DNA from: the human T2T-CHM13v2.0 reference genome, Homo sapiens
Strand: one strand, 5' to 3'
DNA: 64,000 bases
Assembly: GCF_009914755.1 (NCBI RefSeq)
Contig: NC_060931.1
Part shown: one piece after another, positions 1 through 16,235 of the stretch
Position numbering within the stretch: the stretch's first letter is position 1
How the letters are laid out: every line of letters begins with the position of its first letter
Notes under the pieces: model-generated
Databases searched by the model: none
Told to the model about the DNA's origin: nothing
Seen by the model: the letters and a program-made list of their open reading frames with translations, nothing else
Program-made: the position numbers and the translations under genes

Positions 1-643
1 TTATGAGGTGAGATGGTCACATGGGGATGAAGTAATTCTTTAACATAACATCTGTATGCAGAAGTACAGTATACAGAGATAAGAATTTACAATATAGCAT
101 GTGCATCAGTAATTTCTAACAGCCTTAAAACAGAAACACAGGCTTTCCATAACCTATGATTAGCAAGATATTAATCAGCAGTAATAGTTGCAGCAAAAGC
201 TGGTTACAAACAATCCATAGAAACAGGACGTGAAGCTAGACAGCCAGTTAGACCAGAAATTCTCAGAAGGGAGTATGCCTTAACCCTAAAGAGGCCTAGA
301 AGAGCCGTGGCAAGATGAGGGCGTTTATAGCACTATCTTATCCATATGGACAGGCGCCCCCCATGCGTCCGTTTGTAGGCTCTCCACAAGGGTCGCATTC
401 CATTCCCAGAGCTATGAACATCTGCTTTTCTGGGATAGGAATCTTGGTGATGTGAAAGCTCCCTGACTGCATGTCCGTTCATAGGCTCTCTGCAGGGGGA
501 AGCATATCACGTGCTGTTGGCTCATTCTGACAGTCCAACCTGGCATTGTCTTTACACAATCCTGAATGCAACTTTGTATTTACAGTAATCAGGAGCATTT
601 CATCTTTTATTCCATAGCAATAGTTTCAGGGGGTCTCCCTACA
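1..643 (-). mobile_element. ERVK-class LTR, probably MER11D (HML-7); 3' part lies outside the window
   Basis: Reverse complement starts TGTAGGGAGACCCCCTGAAACTATTGCTATGGAATAAAAGATG (TG LTR terminus), matching my recollection of the MER11D consensus. It abuts an interrupted Alu at 644. Confidence 0.7.
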
Positions 644-760
644 AGACAGGGTTTCGCCATGTTGGCCAGGCTGGTCTTGAACTCCTTGACCTCAGGTGTT
701 CCTCCTGCCTCAGCCTACCAAAGTGCTAGGATTACAAGCGTGAGCCACGACGCCCGGCCT
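644..760 (-). mobile_element. Alu left arm, interrupted by the LTR
   Basis: agacagggtttcgccatgttggccaggctgg...gagccacgacgcccggcc. Confidence 0.9.
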
Positions 761-1174
761 CTTTTTTTTTGTACTTATTTTCACTGGTTTGGGTATTAGG
801 ATGATGAGTTGGACATGTCCTCTCTTCTCCTTTCTGTAAGAGATTGTATAAAATTGATGTTGTTATTCTTTGAATGTTTGATAGAATTCTTCAGTGAAAC
901 CATCTGGGCCCAGAGATTTCTTTTTAAGGAGCTTTTACGTTACAAATTTAGTTTCTTTAATTAGTATAGGATTATTCATTTTGGTAGTTTGTGGTTGTCA
1001 AGGAATTGGTCTGTTTCATCTAGGTTGCTAAATTTGTGGGCGTAAAATTGTTTGTAATAGTTCCTTATCCTTTCAATGGCTGCAGGATCTATAATTTCAT
1101 TCCTTGTCTTGTTCCTGATAAAGATAATTTGTAGGTTTTTTTCATTTGTTTGGTTGGTTTTTTGTTTTTGTTTT

Positions 1175-1467
1175 TCTTTTGAGACAGGGTCTTGGTCTTG
1201 CTAAGACCAAGGCTGGAGGGCAGTGGCACGATCTCGGCTTACTGCAGCCTTGACCTCCTGGGCTCAAGCGATCCTCCTGCCTCAGCCTCCAGAGTAGCTA
1301 GGACTACAGGTGCATGCCACCATGCACGGCAGATTTTTGCATTTTTTATAGGGATGGGGTTTTGCCATGTTGTCTAGGCTGGTCTTGGACTCTAGGGCTC
1401 AAGAGACCCTCTCGCCTCGGCTTCCCAAAGTGCTAGGATTATAGGAGAGAGCCACCGTGCCCGGCCT
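1175..1467 (-). mobile_element. Alu (J-like)
   Basis: Full antisense Alu body with T-rich tail. Confidence 0.9.
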
Positions 1468-1639
1468 TTTCTGCTTTCTAATGCTCTTGGCACCACAGTG
1501 ACTGTAACATATGTTGTATTTTCATTCTCATTCTATTCTGTGTACTTTAACTTTTTCCTTTGCTATTATTTAGAAATGTGTCATTTATTTTCCAGGAATT
1601 TGTGTTTGTGGATTTTCCTGTTGTCTTTTCTGTTATTGA

Positions 1640-2268
<629 letters not shown>

Positions 2269-3235
2269 GTCAAGATTTCAATTCTTTTAAATTAGCTGAG
2301 GTTTGGTCTACCATGGTGAATGTTTTGTGGACACTTAGAAAAAACTGTGTTCTCTTGTTAGGTGAGTGTTCTGCATATGTCGGTTATGTCCTGTTGGTTG
2401 CTGGTGTTGAGTTCTTCTGTATCCTTGCTGATTTTCTGCCTCATAGTTTTGTCAGTTATCAAGAGTGAAGTGTTGAAGTCTCCAGCCATAATTGTGGATT
2501 TGTCTGTTTATCCTTTAGCTCTATCGATTTTTGCTTTTTGTATTTTGAGGCTCTGTTGTTTGGTGCATACATGTTTAGGATTGTTATGTCTTCCTGGGGA
2601 TTGAACTGTTTGTCATTATGTAATGTCCTTTTGTCTCTAGTAGTTTCCTTCCTTCTGAAATTTGCTTCATCTGATATTAAGATAGCCACTCCTGCTTTCT
2701 TTTCATTAATATTTGCATGATTAATGTTTTCCATTCCCGGGAGAGAGGAGGTGAGAAAGTAGAGGGCCAACTTGCCCCACCTCTAACCACCTCACGCCAT
2801 GTCATGGGTGCCAGATAGGGGTGGAGTAGAGTTGGAGTTCAGCTCCTACTGGGCCCTGACCTGGCTGGGGGAGAGGGAGTCAGAGTGTGGACTCTCCTGC
2901 CTCACACCATCTCCTTCCACCTTGTGGATGCCAGGTGGGGTCAAGGCTTAGCTCCCTGCTGGACCACACTGACAGTACCCTGGTGGGACAGACAGAGGAA
3001 GCACCTCTACTTCCATGGGCAGAGGAAGGGGTATCAGCTCCCAGCTCAGCCCCACCAACACCCCCTGGTGCCTGGCAGGGGAATAGCAATGTGCCACTTA
3101 CTTTTGGGAAGCCAGGGTGGTGTGGAAGGTCAGCTCTCAGGGTGGCCCTGATGAAGCTGTAGGGTGCAGTTTTTCCATTGGCATTCGACTTAAGTAGAGT
3201 GGGTGTTGCCAAAACAATTTTCCTGTTGTTGGGTC

Positions 3236-3524
3236 ACTGTGAAGTTAAGGAATGGTTCCCAAGACCCCTCTTACTTATGACACCAATAGCAAATGCAGGC
3301 GTCCCTGAGACCACTGTGGGGTTTGATGATTTGCTAGAAAGATTACAGAGCTCACTGATCACAGTTATTCTTGTGGCTATGGTTTATTATAGGAAAAGGA
3401 TATAGATTCGAAGATTAAAATCAGCCTTGGCAGGAGAATGGCGTGAACCTGGGAGGTGCAGCTTGCAGTGAGCCAAGATCGGGCCACTGCACTCCAGCCT
3501 GGGCGACAGAGCGAGACTCCATAT

Positions 3525-3565
<41 letters not shown>

Positions 3566-3850
3566 GCCTTGGGAAGAGTTGCAGAGGGCAGAGTCCAGGA
3601 GGGCTCACACCTGGAGCTGGTCTCCACTCCCTGGGAGGCGTCCTCTTCTTGGGAGTTGTGGGCAATATTACTTTCCCGCCAGTGGCGAGTGTCAGCACAT
3701 GTGGAGTACTGCCAGCCAGGGAAGCACGCGAGCCTTGGCGTCCAGGGTCATTACTGGTGCTCGGGCACATGGATGTGTAGACTCCCTGCACTGCTGACCT
3801 CAGCCTCCAGCCCCTCTGGAGGGCGAGCTGATATCACGTGGCCCAGCGCT
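3236..3850. mobile_element. MER77/MER21-group LTR, split by a truncated Alu
   Basis: attaaaatcagcc...gggcagagtccaggag...gccagggaagc...ctccagcccctctggagg...gctgata motifs resemble the remembered MER77/MER21 consensus. Confidence 0.55.
3431..3562 (+). mobile_element. 5'-truncated AluY right arm with A37 tail
   Basis: AluY-type gcgtgaacc and gcttgcagtgagc; TSD aaaatcagccttgg at 3417-3430 and 3559-3572. Confidence 0.85.
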
Positions 3851-3920
3851 CCTGCTCCTCCGGACCCCAGTCCCCCACTGATCAGAAGGCAGGAGTCAGA
3901 GCCCCAGTGCACCTCAGTCA

Positions 3921-3947
3921 TTAACTAGTGTGTCATTGCATCTGCAG
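3921..3947 (+). other. CHST12: Branch point and 3' splice acceptor of the CHST12 coding exon (exon starts at 3948)
   Basis: ttaac branch-like motif then tgcatctgcag|G, 77 nt upstream of the ATG. Confidence 0.75.
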
Positions 3948-3959
3948 GTTCCCAGCAGG

Positions 3960-3989
3960 ATGCCCCGGCTCTGCAGGAAGCTGAAGTGA
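3960..3989 (+). promoter_or_regulatory. uORF MPRLCRKLK* in the CHST12 5' UTR
   Basis: ATG at 3960 with A at -3; TGA at 3987-3989; ends 35 nt before the main ATG. Confidence 0.6.
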
Positions 3990-4024
3990 GAGGCCCGGAG
4001 AGGGCCCAGCCCGCCCGGGGCAGG

Positions 4025-5269
4025 ATGACCAAGGCCCGGCTGTTCCGGCTGTGGCTGGTGCTGGGGTCGGTGTTCATGATCCTGCTGATCATCGTGTACT
4101 GGGACAGCGCAGGCGCCGCGCACTTCTACTTGCACACGTCCTTCTCTAGGCCGCACACGGGGCCGCCGCTGCCCACGCCCGGGCCGGACAGGGACAGGGA
4201 GCTCACGGCCGACTCCGATGTCGACGAGTTTCTGGACAAGTTTCTCAGTGCTGGCGTGAAGCAGAGCGACCTTCCCAGAAAGGAGACGGAGCAGCCGCCT
4301 GCGCCGGGGAGCATGGAGGAGAGCGTGAGAGGCTACGACTGGTCCCCGCGCGACGCCCGGCGCAGCCCAGACCAGGGCCGGCAGCAGGCGGAGCGGAGGA
4401 GCGTGCTGCGGGGCTTCTGCGCCAACTCCAGCCTGGCCTTCCCCACCAAGGAGCGCGCATTCGACGACATCCCCAACTCGGAGCTGAGCCACCTGATCGT
4501 GGACGACCGGCACGGGGCCATCTACTGCTACGTGCCCAAGGTGGCCTGCACCAACTGGAAGCGCGTGATGATCGTGCTGAGCGGAAGCCTGCTGCACCGC
4601 GGTGCGCCCTACCGCGACCCGCTGCGCATCCCGCGCGAGCACGTGCACAACGCCAGCGCGCACCTGACCTTCAACAAGTTCTGGCGCCGCTACGGGAAGC
4701 TCTCCCGCCACCTCATGAAGGTCAAGCTCAAGAAGTACACCAAGTTCCTCTTCGTGCGCGACCCCTTCGTGCGCCTGATCTCCGCCTTCCGCAGCAAGTT
4801 CGAGCTGGAGAACGAGGAGTTCTACCGCAAGTTCGCCGTGCCCATGCTGCGGCTGTACGCCAACCACACCAGCCTGCCCGCCTCGGCGCGCGAGGCCTTC
4901 CGCGCTGGCCTCAAGGTGTCCTTCGCCAACTTCATCCAGTACCTGCTGGACCCGCACACGGAGAAGCTGGCGCCCTTCAACGAGCACTGGCGGCAGGTGT
5001 ACCGCCTCTGCCACCCGTGCCAGATCGACTACGACTTCGTGGGGAAGCTGGAGACTCTGGACGAGGACGCCGCGCAGCTGCTGCAGCTACTCCAGGTGGA
5101 CCGGCAGCTCCGCTTCCCCCCGAGCTACCGGAACAGGACCGCCAGCAGCTGGGAGGAGGACTGGTTCGCCAAGATCCCCCTGGCCTGGAGGCAGCAGCTG
5201 TATAAACTCTACGAGGCCGACTTTGTTCTCTTCGGCTACCCCAAGCCCGAAAACCTCCTCCGAGACTGA
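4025..5269 (+). CDS. CHST12: Carbohydrate sulfotransferase 12 (chondroitin 4-O-sulfotransferase 2), 414 aa, single coding exon
   Basis: MTKARLFRLWLVLGSVFMILLIIVYW type II TM anchor; 5'-PSB motif VPKVACTNWK; 3'-PB motif RDPFVRLISAF (HNK-1ST family); sequons NSS/NAS/NHT/NRT. The true ATG is 4025; the track starts at an upstream GTG. Confidence 0.98.
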   Translation: MTKARLFRLWLVLGSVFMILLIIVYWDSAGAAHFYLHTSFSRPHTGPPLPTPGPDRDRELTADSDVDEFLDKFLSAGVKQSDLPRKETEQPPAPGSMEESVRGYDWSPRDARRSPDQGRQQAERRSVLRGFCANSSLAFPTKERAFDDIPNSELSHLIVDDRHGAIYCYVPKVACTNWKRVMIVLSGSLLHRGAPYRDPLRIPREHVHNASAHLTFNKFWRRYGKLSRHLMKVKLKKYTKFLFVRDPFVRLISAFRSKFELENEEFYRKFAVPMLRLYANHTSLPASAREAFRAGLKVSFANFIQYLLDPHTEKLAPFNEHWRQVYRLCHPCQIDYDFVGKLETLDEDAAQLLQLLQVDRQLRFPPSYRNRTASSWEEDWFAKIPLAWRQQLYKLYEADFVLFGYPKPENLLRD

Positions 5270-5482
5270 AAGCTTTCGCGTTGCTTTTTCTCGCGTGCCT
5301 GGAACCTGACGCACGCGCACTCCAGTTTTTTTATGACCTACGATTTTGCAATCTGGGCTTCTTGTTCACTCCACTGCCTCTATCCATTGAGTACTGTATC
5401 GATATTGTTTTTTAAGATTAATATATTTCAGGTATTTAATACGAAATGTGGAAGGGAATGCTGGAGTAAAATATCCCCTCTC

Positions 5483-5528
5483 CCCTCCGCCCGCCCACCC
5501 GCCCGCCCGCTCGCCCGCTCGCCCGCTC
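5483..5528 (+). repeat. (CCCG/CTCG)n GC-rich microsatellite in the 3' UTR
   Basis: ccgcccgcccacccgcccgcccgctcgcccgctcgcccgctcc. Confidence 0.85.
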
Positions 5529-5848
5529 CTGTGGTTTTTCTGAGCGTGCGGGCGCCGGGAGGGGATGCTGAGGCTGATGGAGCTGCCTCCAGGGCTAGGG
5601 CCACTCACCGGAGGAGGGCGGGGCCTGCACTTGAAGTCAGGCCGCACCTGTCTGTTTTTGGAAGGGTAGCCGACAAATCCTTCCAGAGGGAAAGTTCTTT
5701 GTTTAAGTGTTGTACTTGAAAAGGTCAATCTTCAGGGCTTCCTGTTTGAAGTCAAGTCAGAGGTAAACCGGTCAGTTACAGAAGCAGGATTTCTAGGATT
5801 TCTAACTCCAGCTGTTCCCATACTGTCTAGTTTAAATTATGGCTGTTA

Positions 5849-5962
5849 AGGCCGGGCGGGTGACTCAGGCAGGTAATCCCAGAACTTTGGGAGGCCCAGA
5901 CAGAAGGATCGCTTGAGGTCAGGAATTTGAGACCTGGCCAACATGGTGAAACCCTGTCTCTA

Positions 5963-6009
<47 letters not shown>

Positions 6010-6175
6010 AGTCGGGTGTGGTGGTGTGCACCTGTAGTCCCAGCTACTCAGGAGTTCTGAGATGGAAAGATTGCTTGAACCCAGGAGGCAGAGGCTGCAG
6101 TGAGCTGAGATCGCGACATTGCACTCTAGCCTGGGTGACAGAGTGAGATTCCATCTCAAAATAAATAAATAAATA
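5849..6175 (+). mobile_element. Alu with linker expanded to A43 (5965-6007) and an (AAAT)n tail
   Basis: Alu arms flank a pure 43-A run; AATAAA at 6160-6165. Confidence 0.9.
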
Positions 6176-6196
6176 TTAATACATTATGGCTATTAA

Positions 6197-6610
<414 letters not shown>

Positions 6611-7214
6611 TAGACAGATAGAAGATAGGTAGATAGATAGATTAAATAGAAAGTAAACTATGGCTGTTGAGGTTTACAGTTGGCAGGAGTGGAGTGGTTT
6701 GGCGTTTATCTCTAGACCGTGCTGGATGACAGTACCCAGTGTCACCAAGAAGAGGCTCCGTGTGACTGTCTCTGTGGCTTTCTGGTTGGTTTAGCTCCAG
6801 TGCCTTCACCCTCAAGGACACGACTGACCTTGAACCCTCAGGTTTGATGGGCCCTGTCTTGATAAAAGTGTCAGAGGAGGCTCTGGAAACATCTGGCTGA
6901 AACTCCTTTGCTATTTCTGCTTCTAAGCTGTAGTTGGAGAGATGGTTGCAATCATTTCGTGGTGTCGGGCACCCTGCTTGACCTGTCTTCCTCGTGTGTG
7001 GTATTTGTCACCACTGCCCAGTCCCTGGTTGCTGGCCACGCTCAGTTGGGACATACCCTGGTGTCCTCTGTGTGTGGTGTCCCTGTGTTTCCCAGGCTCA
7101 GGTGGGCTTGTGTGGGTCTTGGCCCCCAGTGCCTGCTAGCCTCAGGTGTCCCCTGTGTTAGACACCTCCTGCCTTCCTTTCTGAAGCTTCGCTTTCTTTT
7201 ATTTTTGTTTTGTT

Positions 7215-7505
7215 TTGTTTTTGGAGACAGGGTCTCGCTCTGTCATCCGGGCTGGAATACACTGGTGCAATCACAGCTCACTGCAGCTTCAACCTCCTGG
7301 GCTCAAGTGATCTTCCCATCTCAGACTCCCAAGTAGCTGGGGTTACAGGTGAGCGCCAGCCTGCCCAGCTAGTTTTTTATTTTCAGCAGAGATGAGGTCT
7401 CACTGTGTTGCCCAGGCTGCTCTCAAACTCCTGGGCTCAAGTGACCCTCCTGCATCACCCTCCCAAAGTGCTGGGATTACAGGCATGAGCCATCACACCT
7501 GGCCC
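7215..7505 (-). mobile_element. AluJ-like
   Basis: Antisense Alu body. Confidence 0.9.
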
Positions 7506-7519
7506 CTCCAAGTTTTTTA

Positions 7520-7980
7520 TTATGATAAAAATGTTTAATTTTAAACGTACCATCTTAACCATTGTTAAGTGCACTGTTGTGTGGCATTAAGCACATTCGT
7601 ATTGTCGTGCCACCACCACCATCATCTCCAGAGCTTTCTCATCTTCCCAAACTGAAACTCTGTCCCCATTCAGCACTCGCTCCCCATTGGTAGAAGGCAG
7701 CAGCTTCCACTCTCTGATTTCTACTACCCGAGCTCCCTCAGAAATGGAGTCACACAGTATTGGTCCTTTTGGGACTGAAGTACTTCACCTCATGCAATGT
7801 CCTCTAGGTTCATCGGTGTCGTGGCAGGTGTCAGAACTAACTTCCTTTCTGAGGCGGAATAATGTCCCATTGTGTGGAAGAGGCATGGTTTGTTTATCTG
7901 TTCATCAGTTGGTGGACACTGAGTTGCTTCTGCCTTCCTGCGAATGTGAATTGAATGCTGCTGTGAACAGGGTGTCAGTG
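7520..7980 (-). mobile_element. L1MB-like 3' end
   Basis: ggcattaagcacattc...catcttcccaaactgaaactctgtccccatt; similar copy at ~13250-13760. Confidence 0.7.
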
Positions 7981-9104
7981 AATCTGCTGAGGGCTTGTTT
8001 TCCGTATTCTGGGCATGGCCCTTTGTGTCTGCCTTTGCTGGAGCACCTCCCCGGGATGCGTTTGTTTATAGGATGTTCAGACGAATGTCAGAACCCACTG
8101 GGCGGTTCACTCACTGAGGGGGGCCCGCGTCCCCTCCATTTCTGCATTCCCAGTTCTTGGTATGGTTCCTCTGAGGTTCGGTTTTCCTGAGCACCTGGGG
8201 TGTTTGCAGGGATGTGGAGGGGTTCCTGCAGAAGACACCACCCACATCCACGCACCTGCTCAGATTCCCGGGCCATGGTCGGGGCCACCGCCCGTGGGGA
8301 TGACTCCGGATGGGAGTGGCAGAAAAGGGCCTGCTGGGCCGAGGGGAGGCGTCTCCGGGAAGAGAGGGAGGTGTGAGCGGGGAGAACCCACTTTGATTCT
8401 TCGCTGTTTGCCTGATGCGCAGCACCACACTGCGTAGAGACCTTTGGCTCTGGTTTTTTCTTTTTCCACTGAAACACAGCAAATTATACATTTTATGAAA
8501 ATTGGCATCGTACAACTGGAAAATTTAACCATAAACTTAAAACTCTTTTACCCTGTTGGCCCCCATCCTCCAGCTGTGTCCACACTTTGAGCACAGTCAT
8601 GAGAATGACTTGGTTGGGTGCGGGGTGGTGTCACAAAGCCCTGTCTCTTGTGTGATGGCTGCGCCTCGAATCAGTGGGAGGGCACCTCGCCCGTTTACAG
8701 TTGGGCAATGCTTGGGCTGGGCGGCCTGGCTGCTCCTGGACTCGCCTCCCAGCGTCTGATGCTGTGTATTTTCCATCTGCCCCAGGAATTTGACACAGGT
8801 GTGACTTGCAGGTTGTGTGGGTGATGCCTCCCTCCCTCTTTCCTCTTAAAGCATCTCATGCTTCTTCATTCGCTGATACTTACAACCCCCAGTGGATATT
8901 TAGTGGAGTTTGCTGTAGTGCTTTTGCCATTTATTTGGACTATTGGAAAAATTTCAGGTTTGGTTTTGGCCCTATGTCTTGATGGAGGGCAAGGGTTAGG
9001 ATTTCAGTTTATCTTCCCGGTGAGGTCTGAGCACGTCTGTGCCCTGAGGTGGGTGGTTTGGTGAAGGTGGGGCTTTAACCTAGCTCTGCCACTTAGGAAT
9101 CAGA

Positions 9105-9107
9105 ACA

Positions 9108-9144
<37 letters not shown>

Positions 9145-9161
9145 TCTCTCTCACACACACA
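9105..9161. repeat. Compound (AC)n(GC)3(AC)n(TC)n microsatellite
   Basis: Directly visible. Confidence 0.95.
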
Positions 9162-10719
9162 TCGGGATATTTTTCTTGTTTCCTTCTTCCAGAGGGTGTA
9201 GGAGTTGTGTTCCAAGTTTGTTCCTGCAAACCCTCCGATGAGGCCAGCTGCATTCATCGGGGCCTGGATGGCCGCACCTCTCTCTCCCCGCCCTGTCTCC
9301 TGCACTCAGGTGAGAGGCTGGCAGGGCTGCCGTAGGGGTGGAGAGTGAACGCAGGGTGGCTAAGCCCTCGTCCCTGTGAGGGACAGTGACACGGATGGGA
9401 GCAGCCATCTGAGCTGGAAGCTGTGGACATGGTCCTTGTGTGGGTCCAAGCAAAGTGGGTGGCGTGTGCATTTTGTGAACACGTGGTCTGCTTCCTGGTG
9501 CAGACCAGGTCTCCCCAGAGGGACCCTCCTGAGCTGAGCTGCCCGGGGCACCTGTCCCTGGATGTGAACTGCCTTGGTTGTACCTTGGTGGGGGGACCTT
9601 TCCTGAATGTGTTGGTTCGGCATGGTGACAGGTGTTTCCCTGCGGCAGAATGTTGGGGCCACACCAACGTCCCCAGAGTCTTCTCCCTAGAGTCTCTGAA
9701 AGGAAGCCTGGGTTCCTGGTGGTGCTCCCCTCCATGTGTGCTCACCCGCCTGGATGGAGGCAGCCCAGGGGAGCGGCTGAGACTCTTGGCAGAGAGCTGG
9801 GGACGCTCTGTTCTCATTGGCAGCCCCACCCTGAAGAATAACAGACTCCCAAATATCACACAGGCTGCAGATACCACCCAGCCCCCAAGGATGCCATCAC
9901 CAGGCTGGGGCGCTCCCATGCCCATTATCCAGGGGTAATTTTTGCTCACTTATTTATAAGCCACACATCCTCTTCTATCCTACCAAACCTAAGAATATCA
10001 AAAGGGAAAGCTTGGCTTGCATGGACGTAATTAACCTAAAAGTCTTTAAACGTTTCTCCCGAGTGTTGGAGTGACTGTTTGCACACATCTGTTGTGTTTT
10101 GCCTGTGTGCATTCCTCCTCCTGGTCAGAGAGCCCGTCTCTTCCGCCCTCTCCCTTACCCTAGGAGGGCTGAGTCAGGCCTCCCTACCCAGGCCCAAGGG
10201 CAGATGCACCTGAGCCATTGTTTCCCATGGTTGATACGGGACGGGGCTGATTTCCTGACCTGGACCCCTGAGACCCAGTGCTCTTAGCTGTGAGCCTCTG
10301 GGAAGAGGTTCTGGCAGGTGGAGGGGATGGACGTTACAGTGCTGTGGCCACCTAGAAAAGCCGTCCCGGAACTGAGACCAACTGCTGAGGGAGGAAGGGC
10401 CACCAGATCGGGGGCCGGGCCGGGGTGAGCACCTGAAGCCGGCTCCACCTGCTCTTCTCAGCTGTGCGCCTCCAGGAATTTGCACTCGCTTCAGCTGATT
10501 TGGGTTGGATTTCTAGCGTTTCACATACAGGATCTAGACTCGCACACAACTGCATTAATATGTTGGTGTTTGATAAACTAGGGTTGAAGGAGTTCCATCA
10601 GTGAAGAGAGAAGCCACGTGACCTGAGGATGCAGGGCACTGTTCACGTGGACATGAGCCGTTTCTTAGCATCATGAGATTTTAGAAACATGTTCTTACTC
10701 TGCCAGGACCCAGGGATAG

Positions 10720-11406
<687 letters not shown>

Positions 11407-12604
11407 CAGGAATAATTTCTCAGTGCATCTCTGATGGGGAGGCTAATGAAGAAAGGACACCTGGTTTGAAGGCTTCTCTGTGTCTGTCCGTGGGCGCTAC
11501 TGATCTGAGCCAAGCACCATTCCGCAGGCATGCCTGAAATGACTCCCATGGCTGTCATGGTGCCATCTGGAGAGCATTTGCTCACTGTAATGGTCCCGTC
11601 ACACTTGTCTGATGAGGATCTGTTGGTTGACTTTGACAGTGATAAACGAACACAGCCTATCTGGGTGTTTTTTGCACTTATAGTTTGGGGGTTTGAAGTA
11701 CTGGCTAGAAGCTGGCGGGGTGTGTGTGTGCAGGTGTGCGAGTGCATGTGCAAGTGTGCGTGCAAGTGTGAGTCTGCACTTGTGTGCAAGAGAATGTGTG
11801 TGTGTGTGTGTTTGGAGATTTGGACTTGAAAATTCTAGCTCAGGTCTTTGGGGTAGTGTTTGACCTGAACTCTGAAAGGCAGAGGGTCCCAGACTTTCCT
11901 GGGATGATGGGAACTGGGCACCCCAGATGAGGCTCGGTTGTGAGTAGGAGCGGGGTGGGCCACCGAAGAGAAGACAGAGTGGGCCTGTAGGGCCAGCCCG
12001 AGGTACCCACAGTGGAGGGTCTACAGGCTGATTTGGGAGGTGGTGGTTTATACCTGTAGTCACCTTCTATCTTAGTTAGGAATTCACCTTCACACTTCCA
12101 GAAACTGCCAAGAAGAATGCCGCCGCTCAGGTTTATCTGGTAGAATAAGCTGTTTGAACAAAGATCTGGAGGTTGCACAATCCTGTGTCATTCTGGATTT
12201 ATCTTGGGGTCGGGAGTCAACGATACTTCTTGTGCTGTCGTTTCTCCGGCCGTGTGAAGTTACCACCTCGTGAGTGGTCATAAGTTAGCGTGTCTAAATG
12301 CACTTTGAAATCCTAGGATGAAAAAGCCAGGCCCTGTCTTTTTTCCTTGTCTAAGCACCATCCTTGCTTAGGAGAGACACGGCTGTGGCTCTCAGGCTGT
12401 GGGGCAATGTTCTGCTTATAATGTTTCAAGAGGTTCAAAGCGTGCAGGCCCCATGCTCCGTGAGAGCCTTGACCTGGGTCAGCAGGGGCGGCTGGGCTTG
12501 ACTCGAGAATTCCCACAGGGCCCGAGGGAAGAGCAGAGCAAGAGGGAGGAGCGCGTGGAGCCCTATGTGGCCTGCGATATTGGGGTGGCGTCCAGGCCCG
12601 CCTA

Positions 12605-13153
<549 letters not shown>

Positions 13154-13249
13154 TCATAAGAAAAAAAAGAAAAAGGTTGACCTTGTAAGTATATTTTCTT
13201 GGGTGAATTGTGGTGGTGGTAATGGTTTTAACTGGTGTTAATTTCAGTT

Positions 13250-14945
<1,696 letters not shown>

Positions 14946-15391
14946 CTTTAATTTTTGGAGGAATTGAATTTCAATTCTTATTATTACCAAAAATACTTAA
15001 AATTCTTACAGATGGCATGGGAAAGTAGCACACAGTCGGGACTCTGCAGCCGAGTTTGCCTCCTTGAATGCACACATAACACAGGAACAAAGACAGAGCT
15101 GCTTCCCTCCTGTTGGGTCTCTGGCGGACAGTCAGGTATGCTGAGGGAGACACTGTTCTCAAACTCCAGGCCAGGGTGGTTTCCGGAGGGTCCACCGGTG
15201 GTCTCATCTCTTCTCTCTCAAACCATGGATGGTGCCTTTTAAAGAAAATGACACCGGCCAGGTGCGGTGGCTCATGGCTGTAATCCCAGCACTTTGGGAG
15301 GCCGAGGCGGGTGGATCACCTGAGGTCGGAAGTTCAACACCAGCCTGGCCAACATGGTGAAACCCCGTCTCTATTAAAAATACAAAAATTA

Positions 15392-15935
<544 letters not shown>

Positions 15936-16235
15936 TCACTCTGTGGCACTGGCCTCAGCCAGCACCAAGGCTGAAAGAGCCCATTCAGAGGCCAGAAAGA
16001 AACTGTTAGGCTCTGAAGCCGTGGGCCAGGCCAAGACAGAGATTCTGAGGCATGGTTCTGGAATGGGTTTTTCCGCCCACAGGCACTCAAGGAGGACAGC
16101 ATTGGGAGATGGCTGGGTGGAGAGTCTGCGGGAGGCTACAAGGCAAAAATCCCCTACTCCCCCTGGGCTCCTTCACAGTTTGTGTGTCCTCACAGAGCAA
16201 GGAAGTTCTGTGAGCCTCATTCAATCATCTGAGGT

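Larger units (their letters stand above)
3990..5620. other. Intragenic CpG island over the CHST12 CDS and proximal 3' UTR
   Basis: Dense CpG and very high GC3. Confidence 0.75.

Noticed and set aside
3986-4024. N-terminal extension of CHST12 from GTG
   Set aside because: ORF-caller alternative start; ATG 4025 gives the expected short cytoplasmic tail before the TM anchor
3914-5014. 366-aa antisense ORF over CHST12
   Set aside because: Shadow ORF caused by high GC3 codon usage; no recognisable domain
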